A stretch of DNA of 64,000 bases. Origin: a virus (taxonomy: Duplodnaviria > Heunggongvirae > Uroviricota > Caudoviricetes). Positions 37,750 through 49,836 of the stretch are shown here, in pieces. The translations under genes and the position numbers were made by a program. Every line of letters starts with the position of its first letter. Position 1 is the stretch's first letter. The stretch is from the IMG/VR virus record IMGVR_UViG_3300044984_003074; one strand, given 5' to 3'. The notes under the pieces are model-generated. The model was not told the DNA's origin. It did not search any database and saw nothing but the letters and a program-made list of their open reading frames with translations.

Positions 37750-37851
37750 CCCTTCTTTTTTTTTAGACTTTAGAACACCCCCTTTATTTTTGTTCGTCAG
37801 TTTATAGAGACAACTTTTTACTTTCATCTCGGCTAAGAATAGAATTGTGTT

Positions 37852-38634
37852 CTATTCAGTTGCTCCTATTAGTCCACCTATTCCGGTGTCACTTGTAACA
37901 CTACTTTTTAATTTGTCATAAACTCCGGATGCTTTATCATTCATTTTTCCAAAAAGACTACATACTGTACTACTAAGTTGTTTTTCTAATGATTCAACAA
38001 ATTTATAGTCTTTAACCGCACCACCTAAGGCATTTCTAATAAAAGTGTATCCTTGTCCGGATAATCCTTTTTCTCTTTGTATCATCATAATAACAGCTTC
38101 AGTTAAAGATTCTGCTATTAATTTAGTTAATTCTTCACAACTCTTAAGAGCTTTTGCAAGTCTTAATGGGTTTGATGTAATAAACGACACTAAGAAATCT
38201 TTAAAATAACCTCCAAGTCCAATTGAACTTAATAAAGAATTAACTAATGGTTCAACAATAGTTTGTGCAACACCACCAACGGAATTTCCAAAAATTTTAC
38301 CTAAAAAATCCCAAACTTGTTCGGTCATTAAACCTTGTTCTTCAAGATAACCAATTTCTTCAAAAATAGAGTATGATATTTTAAATTGTTTTTCTTCTGA
38401 TAATAAATGAAAATTTTTCATATTACCTTCAGATTCAACAATCATCATGATTCTACTTTTAACCAATTTTTGCTCGATTAATTGTTTTTCTTTTCTTTCT
38501 TTAGTCTCTAATAACGACTTTTTTATATCTTTTTTTAACATAGTTTTTTTATTGAATTCTCCATTTTGAATCTGCACCATATGATGATGGTCCACCAACT
38601 TTATCTCCTCTAAGAATTGCAACATAATCGTCAA
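37852..38634 (-). CDS. hypothetical protein
   Basis: 260 aa. Confidence 0.3.
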   Translation of the reverse strand: MTIMLQFLEEIKLVDHHHMVQIQNGEFNKKTMLKKDIKKSLLETKERKEKQLIEQKLVKSRIMMIVESEGNMKNFHLLSEEKQFKISYSIFEEIGYLEEQGLMTEQVWDFLGKIFGNSVGGVAQTIVEPLVNSLLSSIGLGGYFKDFLVSFITSNPLRLAKALKSCEELTKLIAESLTEAVIMMIQREKGLSGQGYTFIRNALGGAVKDYKFVESLEKQLSSTVCSLFGKMNDKASGVYDKLKSSVTSDTGIGGLIGATE

Positions 38635-39535
38635 TATTACTTAAAATACCTCCCCATTTACCGTCAAATTCGTTAGCACATGCCTGAACTTTTTCTTTCA
38701 TTGGTTCAAAAGTGTTAGGTTCAATTCGTTTTTTAGTTTTAAACGCTTTGTAGTAAGCCTCAATAGTGTTTCTACAATCTTTCTTACTTGTCGGTGTTTG
38801 ATTTGTGATAGCCTTATTAAATTCGGCTTCAACATTACCTCCTTGTGTTCCTACAACATTTTCAGGTGGAAAAAACATAATTAAATCTTGGGAAAAATAT
38901 CCTTCGCTAGCAGGACTAACAACTCTTGAAGTCCAAGTTTTAGCCTCTTCAGGGTCTAAATCTTTTCTTAATTTAGCACCTTTACTATTCCATTTTTCAA
39001 TTATTTTTGTTTGGTCAGAAGTTAATCCTCCTGTAATTCCTTTTTCAGGAACACTTCTGTACAATGTAACTCCATTAACAACTTTCTTTTCAAACATTAA
39101 TGGGTTTTCTAAATTTTCACGAGTTGTTTTAATGTCTTTAGCTTCTTGCCACCCACCTTCTTGTTGTACTAAAGTAGTGTCTGCGGCAGCTGAAGCCGTT
39201 TGTTGCGCAGTTTGTGCCGCGGTCGCAGCCATTTGGGCAATTTTATCACATTTCCATTTACCTGTTTTAGAACCATCTCCAAAGGAATAATTCATATCCG
39301 CAGTGAAATCTACAGTTTTACCACTTTTAGTAGTTGCTCTGTAAACATATTTGGTTTGGTTGGCGTTTGTTAAAATTTTACCATTTTTTAAACATCCTGC
39401 ATCAATTGCTTTACGTAATTTTACTAAATCACTAGTAACATCTAAAGACAATTTTTTTTCATCTTGTTCTTTTAATGACTTGTGCATTGATAAAATTTCT
39501 TTTATTTCTAATTCGCTTATTAAATTCTTTTTCAT
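38549..39535 (-). CDS. hypothetical protein
   Basis: 328 aa. Confidence 0.3.
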   Translation of the reverse strand: MKKNLISELEIKEILSMHKSLKEQDEKKLSLDVTSDLVKLRKAIDAGCLKNGKILTNANQTKYVYRATTKSGKTVDFTADMNYSFGDGSKTGKWKCDKIAQMAATAAQTAQQTASAAADTTLVQQEGGWQEAKDIKTTRENLENPLMFEKKVVNGVTLYRSVPEKGITGGLTSDQTKIIEKWNSKGAKLRKDLDPEEAKTWTSRVVSPASEGYFSQDLIMFFPPENVVGTQGGNVEAEFNKAITNQTPTSKKDCRNTIEAYYKAFKTKKRIEPNTFEPMKEKVQACANEFDGKWGGILSNIDDYVAILRGDKVGGPSSYGADSKWRIQ

Positions 39536-39541
39536 ATTAAA

Positions 39542-40507
39542 TTACATGTTTAAAATATCCTCCACATTATCAGCATCAACTTGTGTAGTGAATTCATCTT
39601 TAGGTTTTTCTATTGTTGTTGTTGTTGTTGAACATATTTTTGGTATATCTTTATCTGTAAATGTTGTAAAACCTTTACCGCTCAAGGCAGCTTTAGTTTT
39701 TGGACCAAATTTACCGTCAGTTGTTAACCCTAAACATCCTTGTACTTCTGCAATTGCGTTAGCTTTACATCCGTAAGAATACGTACCAGAACATGATTTA
39801 TATTTACTGGTTTTTCCACTACTGTTACCACCTGTTTTAACACCAACTTTTTTCTGTTCTTGAGGTGTTAATACTACTTCAGTATCTTCAATCATTCCAG
39901 CTAAAGGTCTTGTAAACATTTTCCATTCGTCAGGACTTTCAGTTAAATTATCTAAAAATTCAAGAAGACCTCCTGTAACTTTCTTATCAACAGCACAAAG
40001 GTCCGCAATAGACTCAATTTTTTGTAATGCCGAAGCAATTGCATTTTCGTCATCATTCCACTGTCCTTTAGCATCTTCTATTGAATATGCAATAGCTCGT
40101 GTTTCACTTTTTGACATTTTTGGAACTAATTTAGACGCCCCTGATGATTTACAGGCACTCATTACTTGTTCAAATCCAGATTTTCCATAATCTTTATTAG
40201 AGTACCATTGCATTAACATACCAACTCCAACACCTGCTAAAGCGCCTATTGCTGTACCAACAACAGGAAACACACTACCCGCAGTAGCTCCTGCTGCGGT
40301 TGCTGCTGCAATACCACCACCCGCTAAAGTTGCTCCATACGCAGCACCTGTCGCACCATATCCTAAAGTTAATGGGTCTGCCACGTTACCTGCGGTTTGT
40401 TCTGATATCATTTCTTTATTCTCATCTAAAGTTTTAGATGAATCATATTCCATCATTAACTTTATTCTTTGTAACGCCTCTTCAGGGCGATATTTTGGTT
40501 GTACCAT
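39542..40507 (-). CDS. membrane-anchored protein with C-terminal peptidoglycan-binding (PG_binding_1-like) domain
   Basis: 321 aa; Gly/Ala-rich hydrophobic segment; GCLGLTTDGKFGPKTKAAL. Confidence 0.4.
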   Translation of the reverse strand: MVQPKYRPEEALQRIKLMMEYDSSKTLDENKEMISEQTAGNVADPLTLGYGATGAAYGATLAGGGIAAATAAGATAGSVFPVVGTAIGALAGVGVGMLMQWYSNKDYGKSGFEQVMSACKSSGASKLVPKMSKSETRAIAYSIEDAKGQWNDDENAIASALQKIESIADLCAVDKKVTGGLLEFLDNLTESPDEWKMFTRPLAGMIEDTEVVLTPQEQKKVGVKTGGNSSGKTSKYKSCSGTYSYGCKANAIAEVQGCLGLTTDGKFGPKTKAALSGKGFTTFTDKDIPKICSTTTTTIEKPKDEFTTQVDADNVEDILNM

Positions 40508-40862
40508 GTGAAAGTATTTTAATTATAAATATATTGTTATTACCAAATTTGATTTGCTGCTCCTCGTGTTATTCCTGTTTCCCATTTTTCTCCCGCAAGA
40601 CCTAACTTATTTGCTTTACCTCTTGTTAAGGTATATGTGTCGGCCCATTTAGGAACTGAACCTCCACCACCTCCTGTGGATGGCGCTGCCGATGCTGCTG
40701 CATCTTGTTCACCCATTTCTTCTTTGTTGTTGTCAGTGGTATGTTTGTTAAAAAACCCTATTAAAAAATCTACATCTAAATTCATTCTAATAAATATTTT
40801 AGATTTATTGAAAAAAAACATTATATTTGCCTTATTGAAATTAATAAACTAAATCTTACTTT

Positions 40863-41396
40863 ATGAAAAAACTATTTTTATTATTCATTGTTTTATTTTT
40901 GGTATCTTGTGAACAATATGTCACAGAAAAACCAACCCTTACTTTAAGTGGAAAATATGTCGTTTCTAAATTAGATATTACAAATGTTGACCAAAATCAA
41001 ACAAGAGATTCATTATATCTTGTTGGTACCTCATATAACAATAATTTATTACCAAAACCATTTGACGTAATTTCTATAAATCATTTTTATATCCATATTG
41101 ATTATTCAACGGTTAGAATGAAATTATTAGGTGTAACTCCTGCAGGACAAGACATATGGAGATATGGTACATCTCCTAATGAAATATTTTATAATACTTT
41201 TGGGGGTAACGCATATAATAATGGTTATATGCAATTTAATTATGTTACCGATGATGGTTCTTCAAGATTAGTCACCTTTTTGATTGAAGATGATGGGTTT
41301 GAGACCTTACAGTTGAAGAGTTCAGGTGCATGGTTTAATGGAAAATTTGGTCAAAAACAAGTTATGACATTATCATTAACAAGAGTGGGTCCTTAA
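40863..41396 (+). CDS. lipoprotein
   Basis: 177 aa; MKKLFLLFIVLFLVSC lipobox. Confidence 0.4.
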   Translation: MKKLFLLFIVLFLVSCEQYVTEKPTLTLSGKYVVSKLDITNVDQNQTRDSLYLVGTSYNNNLLPKPFDVISINHFYIHIDYSTVRMKLLGVTPAGQDIWRYGTSPNEIFYNTFGGNAYNNGYMQFNYVTDDGSSRLVTFLIEDDGFETLQLKSSGAWFNGKFGQKQVMTLSLTRVGP

Positions 41397-41802
41397 TAGA
41401 ACTCACTCTTTGGTAATGCATTAGGATTAACAGTGTAATATTCATTTAAAAATATTACTAATTCTTCTTCGTCCAATTCAATTTTTTCTTCTTCAAAGAT
41501 TTCATCATCTTCAAATTCTTCACCAAAAAAATCAAATGATTCTGACACAAGGTCAAATCCATAATCTTCAACATGAGTATAATCTATACTGTCAGTTCTT
41601 AAAACTTCTTCACTATCTTCAATTGTTCTAAACGAAACATCTAAAACATTTGTATCAGGATTTAAGAAGTATGATATAATTTCATTAATTTCCATAATAT
41701 GTTAATTTATAAAGAAATATATTTAAACATAGTAAAAGTCATTTTATTTCTTAAAATATTTTTTTAATAATAAAAAACCCCTCCGATTAGAGGGGTTTGA
41801 TA

Positions 41803-42942
41803 TTAATTGTATCTGTTAAATCTGTTAAACATTTCCATGATTTTATTTTTTTGATTTTTGAAGTCTTCTTGTAAATCATCGTCAATTTCTTCCCATTCAT
41901 CATCCATATCTTCCATATCTTCATCGTCCATATCGTTATGTGTTGTTCCATAAGAAAATTCTTGGTATGGACCACCTTTACCTGGTCCGTCACTATCAAA
42001 ATCAAATGCTGGGTCCATGTCTCCATAAATTCCTTGAGAACCTGAAATATCCACTTCTTCTAACTCATCATCAGCCCACGCAGATTCCATTGCTTCATAT
42101 TCTTTTACAGGATAAACATCTCCAGGTCCTTCTGATTCAAAATCGTAAGCTGGTTCAACAGAATCAGTATCCATATCATCAACATTTCCACCTTGTTCTC
42201 CAAGTTCTTCTCCTGCCTCTAAATCTTCAAATCCATCATTTTCATTATCAGGGTCTTCAAAGTTATCATCGTAATTTACAAATTCATCTGATTCATCTTC
42301 TTTATAAAGATTTTTGTGCATTCCTTCAAAAGTACCATAGTCATTTCCACCACCTTCAACATAGTCAAAATCTCCATGTTTTAAGTTTAAATCTCTAACA
42401 CTATAAATGTCATCTAAATGGCCTGTTTCTTCTTCCATTCCGTGTTTTGCAGAAATCTTATTTACTTTTTTAATTGCTTTGTCGGTTTTTGAACCTTTAG
42501 GTTTTACTCCTCTACCTTTCAAAATATCGGCATAAGTTACTTTACCATCACCCGTTAAATCAGGAAATTTTTTGCCTTCTCCCATTTCACCACCTCTGTA
42601 ACCACATTCCATACATTCTCCTTCACTCATTTGCATTGCACCACATTCATCACAAACTTCATTAGTTTCAACTTGTTCGTTGATTCCCATGTTTGTATAT
42701 CTTTTAACTTCGCCCTTATTATTAACGACTAAACCTTCTTTATCACCTGCAAAATCATACACAGTTAATGGTTGTGTGTTTGACACTTGTGGCTGCATAG
42801 TTTGGTAACCATTATAAACACTTTTATGTTGGTCTAAAATATCTGACTTCTCAGATGCTGATAATTGACCTAATCCAAAATATCCTCTCATAACTATTAT
42901 TTTAATATAAATAGTTTTTAATTTTGAATTTTCGTTTGACAT
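41803..42942 (-). CDS. acidic protein with CxxC...CxxC zinc-ribbon
   Basis: 379 aa; CDECGAMQMSEGECMECGY. Confidence 0.3.
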   Translation of the reverse strand: MSNENSKLKTIYIKIIVMRGYFGLGQLSASEKSDILDQHKSVYNGYQTMQPQVSNTQPLTVYDFAGDKEGLVVNNKGEVKRYTNMGINEQVETNEVCDECGAMQMSEGECMECGYRGGEMGEGKKFPDLTGDGKVTYADILKGRGVKPKGSKTDKAIKKVNKISAKHGMEEETGHLDDIYSVRDLNLKHGDFDYVEGGGNDYGTFEGMHKNLYKEDESDEFVNYDDNFEDPDNENDGFEDLEAGEELGEQGGNVDDMDTDSVEPAYDFESEGPGDVYPVKEYEAMESAWADDELEEVDISGSQGIYGDMDPAFDFDSDGPGKGGPYQEFSYGTTHNDMDDEDMEDMDDEWEEIDDDLQEDFKNQKNKIMEMFNRFNRYN

Positions 42943-44065
42943 ACCAAAATAGGTTATCTATCTTTAATTAAGACAAGTGATGTTTGACAATTCATCTGAT
43001 AGTATCTTGGTAATTTACCTATCGCCTAAATTATAAACTCACTTGTTTTTTTAATTTTACTACTATGATAATCAACAATTACGATATAGAATCTTACTGT
43101 GAAGGAGCTGTTATGTTAGACGGCCTTGATGAAGCAATTGTTGGTATTGTTGAGGATTTCCACGGTCCTCGTATACTTTACTCCCAAAGTAAAATTATTA
43201 ACATCCTACAAGAACGAGACCTTATGACTATGGGTGAGGCTGAAGAGTTTTATGACTACAACATTAAAGGTTTATATGCCGGTGAACAAAATCCTGTTTT
43301 TTTAATTACTATTTCAGAATAATTTTATTATCTTTGTCCCATAAAATTATTTAATTATGGAAAATATCTTTAAAGTTGCCAAATACGAAAAAACTGAAAC
43401 AGGATTTAATCGTAATGGATATGACGAATATGTTATTACCTATGGTAAGGCGAGAAAGGTTCATTTACTTAGATTGATTATCAACGGACAATACACAAAC
43501 CACACCATAAATTTAATTGATGGGTCTAGTGGATATAAGAAAACTATTCTTACCGCAATTAGTGATTACAAAAATGGTAGATTAAAAGGTGACCCAACTC
43601 AGATTGTAAAGAAAACAATAACCTTTAGTGAGATAGTCCAAATTTACAGTAAACCAATTGTTAGTAATGTTAAAAATTATTTATTGGGAATTAACAAAGA
43701 AGAAAGAAGAGACACATTAACAAAATTTGAATTGATATGAGCGGAGGAGCATTTGACTACAACCAATATAAAATTGGATACATCGCAGACCAAATAGAGG
43801 AGACAGTATTCAATAATGGTCGTGAAAAAACACGAGAAGAGATAAAAAACGACTGGCATAATGATGAATGGTATGAAAAATACCCTGAGGATAAATTCCA
43901 TTACAAATATTCGGATGAAATTATTGAGAAAATGAAAGACGCTGTTAAGGCTCTTAAGATTGCTCAAGTATATGCACAAAGGGTGGATTGGTTATTGTCA
44001 GGTGATGATGGTGAGGACTCATTCTTAAGTCGATTAGAAGACGAATTAAAAAAAATTGAATCGGT

Positions 44066-44719
44066 ATGATAAAAATAGATAAAGATAGAAAGGTATGGAT
44101 AATCTCCGATACGCACTATGGACATAAGAATATATGTCGTGGTGTGACTGCATGGAGATTACCTGACGGTAGTATCCCATTATCCCAAACCAGAGATTTC
44201 AAAACTATTGAACAAATGAACGAATCTATTGTAAACAATATTAATAGTGTTGTTGGTCAAGATGATGTTTTGATTCACTTGGGTGATTGGAGTTTTGGAG
44301 GGTTTGAAAATGTAAAAATTTTTAGAGATAGAATTGTATGTCAAGAGATACACCTTATATTAGGTAATCACGACCACCACATTGAAAATAACCGAGGGGA
44401 TTGTCAAGAATTGTTTGCAAGCGTTAATCACTACACAAAATTGATGTATAAGTTTGGAACTTTTGTTTTGATGCACTATCCGATGGCATCGTGGGATGGT
44501 TTAAATAAAGGACACGTACACCTTCACGGACACGTACACCTTCCAACAAATCTTAGATTTGGAAAAGGTAAAAAAATGGATGTTGGGATTGATGGTAATC
44601 CAAATTTTGGTGTTTATGACATGGACGATATTGTAAGAATGATAATCAAACGTGAAATTGTGTCGGATATGTTATTTGACCACCACACAGATGAAATAAT
44701 AAATAAAGACAATGGATAA
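44066..44719 (+). CDS. calcineurin-like metallophosphoesterase
   Basis: 217 aa; SDTHYG, GDWSFGG, GNHDHH, GHVHLHGHVH. Confidence 0.6.
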   Translation: MIKIDKDRKVWIISDTHYGHKNICRGVTAWRLPDGSIPLSQTRDFKTIEQMNESIVNNINSVVGQDDVLIHLGDWSFGGFENVKIFRDRIVCQEIHLILGNHDHHIENNRGDCQELFASVNHYTKLMYKFGTFVLMHYPMASWDGLNKGHVHLHGHVHLPTNLRFGKGKKMDVGIDGNPNFGVYDMDDIVRMIIKREIVSDMLFDHHTDEIINKDNG

Positions 44720-46034
44720 TACAAAATTATATTATACACCTGCAAGAGACACCACTTTCAATGAAGTTAAAGAAAAGGCAATTGAAATTTGGAAAACTTA
44801 TGATGATGAGTATGGATATGCAACCGAAAAAGTCAATGGTATTAAAGACCTTAAGAATGTTGGGGATAATCTTATGTTTATTGTATCACAATTTGACCAT
44901 TGGAATAAGATAAAACTATCAAAAATGTTATCTTTGGAGGCGTCAAATGACATTAGTATTAGAATGATTGCAGGTGGGTATTCGGAAGAATATGATTCGT
45001 TTAACATTTGGATGAGAAAGTAATGAGAACACCGGAAAAATTACAAGAAGGGTGGGTAAAATATTCACGATTTAATTGTACCGAAGGGTGTATTGATATT
45101 TGGAGTGGTGATTGTGCCGATAATCCAAACAGAGATATAAAATCCAATTGGAATCTAAACTCCTTTGCAACATTTATTAGATTAAATGGTAAGGGTGAAT
45201 GGTTCTCAACTAAAAATGGTGTTAAAGGATTCACCGGAGAAATGTGTGAAACAAAAACATCTCAAGAAATTTGGGATGAATTACCAAAAGATAATTATGA
45301 AGAGTGATGAAAAAAGAATATATTTTATGTGCTGCAATTTGGTATAAAGACATACCTCTGAAAAAGGTTATTAATGGTGTTCTCCCAAAAAATTGTGATA
45401 GGGGATTGGTGGTATTAGGGCATAGACACGGGCAGGCATTATGGACGATGGGTAGTTTGACAGGATTAAGAACTTGCACATTTGGTGAAGATTGTTCCGG
45501 AGAACACGAACAAGGATTCTTAACAAACACAAATAGATTTGTGGACAGAGAAGAAGGTGGGCAAATAGCATTTGATGCTGGTCAAACAGATGATTTAAGA
45601 ATAACATTATATTCGGAAGACCTATATTAAGATTATGTGTAAGAAACCTTGTAAAGAATGCCCTTGGACGATTAGAAATCATTTTAACGATATGATTATT
45701 AATCATTCCAAAAAACATAATAAACCTCACAATTGTCATATGATATCCCCTGATAAAAGAGGGGGGTTGTGGGAAATAAAAAAAGAAAAAAATATTTGTA
45801 ATGGCAGAAAAAAATTTGAAACGGAATACAAAAATAACAATTGAATTAAACGATAAACAACAAGAAATGTATGACGAGTGGATGTCACACGTTAAAGGAT
45901 TATATGGCAAATACGGAAAAATGACTTGGTCTGTATCAGATTGTGGTATTGGTCAAACAATATCTGTCTACAGTGAATTAGCTCAAGTAGACTTAGATTT
46001 AACCGATTCAGATTCATGGTAAAATAAAAATAAT

Positions 46035-46445
46035 ATGGAAAAAAAATTATACATAGTAAGAGGAGTTCCTGGTTCAGGTAAATCAACCTTTGCGAAATCA
46101 ATTGCCAAATCGTGGCAAATATTTGAGGCGGATGATTATTTTGTTAAAAATGGTAAATACGAATTCAACTTTAGTCATTTGAGAGACGCTCACAATTCTT
46201 GTAAAAGAAAAGTTCATAAATCAATGATACCAAGTTTGTTTAACTCAATATTTTATCGTAATATTGTAGTCTCAAATACATTTACCCAAGAATGGGAAAT
46301 GAAGTTTTATCAGACAATTGCAAAAAAATACGGATATACAGTTTATACCGTTATTGTTGAAAATCGTCATGGTGGCGTAAATAAACACGGAGTACCTGAA
46401 GATAAGGTAGATGTGATGAGAAAAAGAATGGAAATTAAATTATAA
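46035..46445 (+). CDS. P-loop kinase (AAA_33/polynucleotide-kinase-like)
   Basis: 136 aa; Walker A GVPGSGKST. Confidence 0.5.
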   Translation: MEKKLYIVRGVPGSGKSTFAKSIAKSWQIFEADDYFVKNGKYEFNFSHLRDAHNSCKRKVHKSMIPSLFNSIFYRNIVVSNTFTQEWEMKFYQTIAKKYGYTVYTVIVENRHGGVNKHGVPEDKVDVMRKRMEIKL

Positions 46446-46913
46446 AAACAAAAACAAAAAAAACATGCAAACACTATTATTTAACACAGCAACAAAAACA
46501 GCAAAACTTTATTTAAATAAAGCTCAAGATTCGGAAATTCTTTATGAATTTACTAATGTACCAACAGTAAAAGTAGAAGATGGTTTCTACCAAGTATTAC
46601 AATTGGATAACACCTCCACAGAAGAAAAAAGAGTTCCTGTTGCAAGATTCCCAATTGCCAACACAAACATGTTAATTGCAAAATAACATATGAAAAATTT
46701 TATCAAAAATTATGTTAATGTGCCCTTCCTAAAAGGTTCATTACTTACAATCTCGGTCATTCTTATTTTAATGTATGTTGTATTTCCGGGATTAACCGCG
46801 GCAAACATTGTATTAAATGTAATATCGGTATTGACATTAATATTAACAGGTATGTTTGTTGTAAAATACGTACAAAATCAATTATCAAAGAAAAATTAAA
46901 AAAAAAACAAATT

Positions 46914-47765
46914 ATGAAAAAAGTAGTATTAGGATTATTAGGGTTATTAATGTTGTCGGCAACATCTTGTACAACAGCAGATTCTTCAGAAGTCGCATTA
47001 GTTGTTGACCAAATAGGTAACGACAAAGGGGTTCCAAACATTGAGATGAAATCGGGATTTATTTTCTATTTCCCTCCAACTCAAGATGTATACATGTACC
47101 CAACATCAGTTCAACATAAAGTGTGGACTGCATCAGTAGATGAGGATTCTCCAACAGATGAACACATTGATGTAACATCAGGAGATGGTGCAACATTTGG
47201 TTTAGACGTAGCAATTAACTTACAATTAAAACGAGAAATGGCACCAACTTTATTTACAAAATATAGAGTAGAGATGGATGAGTTAATTAATACAAGAGTT
47301 CGTAATATTGTAAGAAAAGAGTTATTAGATAATGCTGTGTCATTCGCTTCTGATAGTTTATTACAACATAGAAATGTATATGAAGCAAATGTCACAAAAT
47401 CATTATCAACATCTTTAGATAAAGAAGGGTTTGTTCTGAATAATATTGCAATCTTAAAAATGGCGATTCCTGAATCATATAGAAAAGCTATTGAAAATAA
47501 AATTAAAGTTATTCAAGAAACTGCAACAATTAAATCTCAAACAATTCAAGCCGAGCAAACGGCTCAAAGAAAAGTTGCGGAGGCGAAAGGTAATTACGAG
47601 GCAGCCATTTACGATGCCAAAACAAAAGAAATTATGTCTCAACCAAAAATGTTGGAATTATACAGAGCAGAGACGGATAGAATATGGGCACAAAAAGGTA
47701 AATCTCCTTACGGACAAAACAATGTTTTTGGGACTACATCAGGATTATTAATTAATAGAAACTAA
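46914..47765 (+). CDS. SPFH/band-7 (prohibitin/HflK-like) lipoprotein
   Basis: 283 aa; lipobox; C-terminal AEQTAQRKVAEAKGNYEAAI coiled region typical of SPFH. Confidence 0.4.
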   Translation: MKKVVLGLLGLLMLSATSCTTADSSEVALVVDQIGNDKGVPNIEMKSGFIFYFPPTQDVYMYPTSVQHKVWTASVDEDSPTDEHIDVTSGDGATFGLDVAINLQLKREMAPTLFTKYRVEMDELINTRVRNIVRKELLDNAVSFASDSLLQHRNVYEANVTKSLSTSLDKEGFVLNNIAILKMAIPESYRKAIENKIKVIQETATIKSQTIQAEQTAQRKVAEAKGNYEAAIYDAKTKEIMSQPKMLELYRAETDRIWAQKGKSPYGQNNVFGTTSGLLINRN

Positions 47766-48326
47766 AAATATGTTAGTAAATCTTAGTAGAAGTTCTTGGC
47801 ACTCAAAGTATTATAATTTCGTTAAAGGATATTATCCTACTTACGAATTTAAAAGTTTATGTCCATATTTTTGGACAATAGTAACATTAATTTTGTTACT
47901 ACCTGTAATTTTGATTTGGAAAGGGTTTAAAACTTTAATAGTTTCTCCAACCAAAAAGATTGTGAAAATCACAAAAAAAGAACCAAAAAACAAACCATAT
48001 AAAGAACCAACTAAGTTCATAAAATGGTGTCAAAGAAATGATTCAAAAATAACAAAAGGGTTTCAATATTTGTATTTTGGACTTATGGGTGGATTATTAG
48101 TTCTTATGATTACCGCTGGTCTATATGATTTATTTTCAACTAAAGGGTTTTTAATGGGATTAATTTATATCTTTGCAGGGATTGGAGCATTAACCACATC
48201 AGTATTATCAATATGGGGTATTATCTCTTTTTTTGAAACTGATAGTTGGAAAATGATTAAAGGAATGTCATATTCAATAAAAAATAAAGTATGTCCCATG
48301 ATAACTTGGGAATAAAACAATAAAAA

Positions 48327-49409
48327 ATGACCGTAGATATAAACATATTAAACGATTACATAGAAAGAGGGTTGGTGGTTAAAAATGACCACCCAACCCT
48401 TCCTATTTCAATATACAATTATTCTCGTACTTGTCAGTATGAGAATAACTGGGATAGTGTTACTAAAATTTGCCGAGGGCTTATCTTGGATAATGAAGGT
48501 AATGTTGTTGCAAAATCATTTAATAAGTTTTTCAACTACGAAGAATTAACCTTTAAAGACATCCCCGAAGAAACTTTTGAAGTATATGAAAAATTAGATG
48601 GTTCTTTAGGTATTTTATTTTGGTTTAGAGGAAATTGGATTTTGGCAAGTAAAGGTTCGTTTATTTCTGACCAATCAATTAGAGGGACTAAGATATTAAA
48701 TGAAAAATACAATGTTGAAGTTTTACCAAAAGGTTATACTACCGTTGTAGAGATTATTTACCCTGAAAATCGTATTGTTTGTGATTATGGTGATGATGAA
48801 GAATTGGTTGTATTATGTATGATAAGTAATGTCTCAGGTAAAGAATTAGATTATACTTCAATGTTATCCATCAATGAAGTAAGTGGTTTACCAACCGTTA
48901 AAAAATACGATGATGTAACCGATTACGACATACTTAAATCTCAAATAACTCAAAACCGCGAAGGTTATGTTATTCGTTTTAGAAACGGATTTCGTATGAA
49001 AATAAAAGGGGAAGAATATGTTCGTTTACATAGAATCTTAACTGGATTCTCAAATGTTGACATATGGGAATATCTAAAAGATGGTAAAGATGTCTCTGAA
49101 CTATTAGATAAAGTCCCTGATGAATTTGATAAATGGGTTAAAAATACCATTAGAGATTTAAGATATGGGTTTTTTCAAATATCTGAAAGAGCTGGTAAAC
49201 TTCACGATGGATTCCGTTATGGAAAATATGGTGATGTGGACCCTGAACCAACAAAAAAAGAATTTGCGGAGTTTGTATTAAAACAACAAGAAGTATTACG
49301 ACCAATAATGTTTGCCATGTGGGATAAAAAACCATATGATGAGATTATTTGGAAATTGATTAAACCACAATATAGTAAACCGTTTTGGCAAAAAGAAATT
49401 GAACCATGA
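48327..49409 (+). CDS. ATP-dependent RNA ligase, T4 Rnl1-like
   Basis: 360 aa; motif I YEKLDGSL (KxDGSL), VVEIIYPEN, EGYVIRFRNGFRMKIKGEEY (motif IV/V KxK). Confidence 0.6.
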   Translation: MTVDINILNDYIERGLVVKNDHPTLPISIYNYSRTCQYENNWDSVTKICRGLILDNEGNVVAKSFNKFFNYEELTFKDIPEETFEVYEKLDGSLGILFWFRGNWILASKGSFISDQSIRGTKILNEKYNVEVLPKGYTTVVEIIYPENRIVCDYGDDEELVVLCMISNVSGKELDYTSMLSINEVSGLPTVKKYDDVTDYDILKSQITQNREGYVIRFRNGFRMKIKGEEYVRLHRILTGFSNVDIWEYLKDGKDVSELLDKVPDEFDKWVKNTIRDLRYGFFQISERAGKLHDGFRYGKYGDVDPEPTKKEFAEFVLKQQEVLRPIMFAMWDKKPYDEIIWKLIKPQYSKPFWQKEIEP

Positions 49410-49836
49410 AAAATAAATTAGAAGAAATTTACGAATCAAAAATCGTACATAATTCATTCTTAGATAAAGATTCTGTTATTGACGCAATGACAGAATCTTA
49501 TGTCTTTGGTATAAATGAATCCGAACAAAAATATAATAAACTTAAATTGGCGTTTGAGTCCCTATTGGATTATTGGGGCGACTACGGAAACTACAACGCG
49601 TCAAGAAACCATATGGAAGAAATGTGGAGAGAGGAGGCAGGAATACTATGACAAATGAAGAAAGAGTTGAGGAGCGTTTAGTACACGCCCATGAAAGAGG
49701 TTATTACAACAAAGTAATGACCCGAATGAAAGAAATGCAAATGAAATACCCAAAATTAGACAAATATGATTTATATGATATTGTTTGTGATGAGGTTAAA
49801 TCAGAATGGTTAAAAGAAATAACTAATAATAAATAA

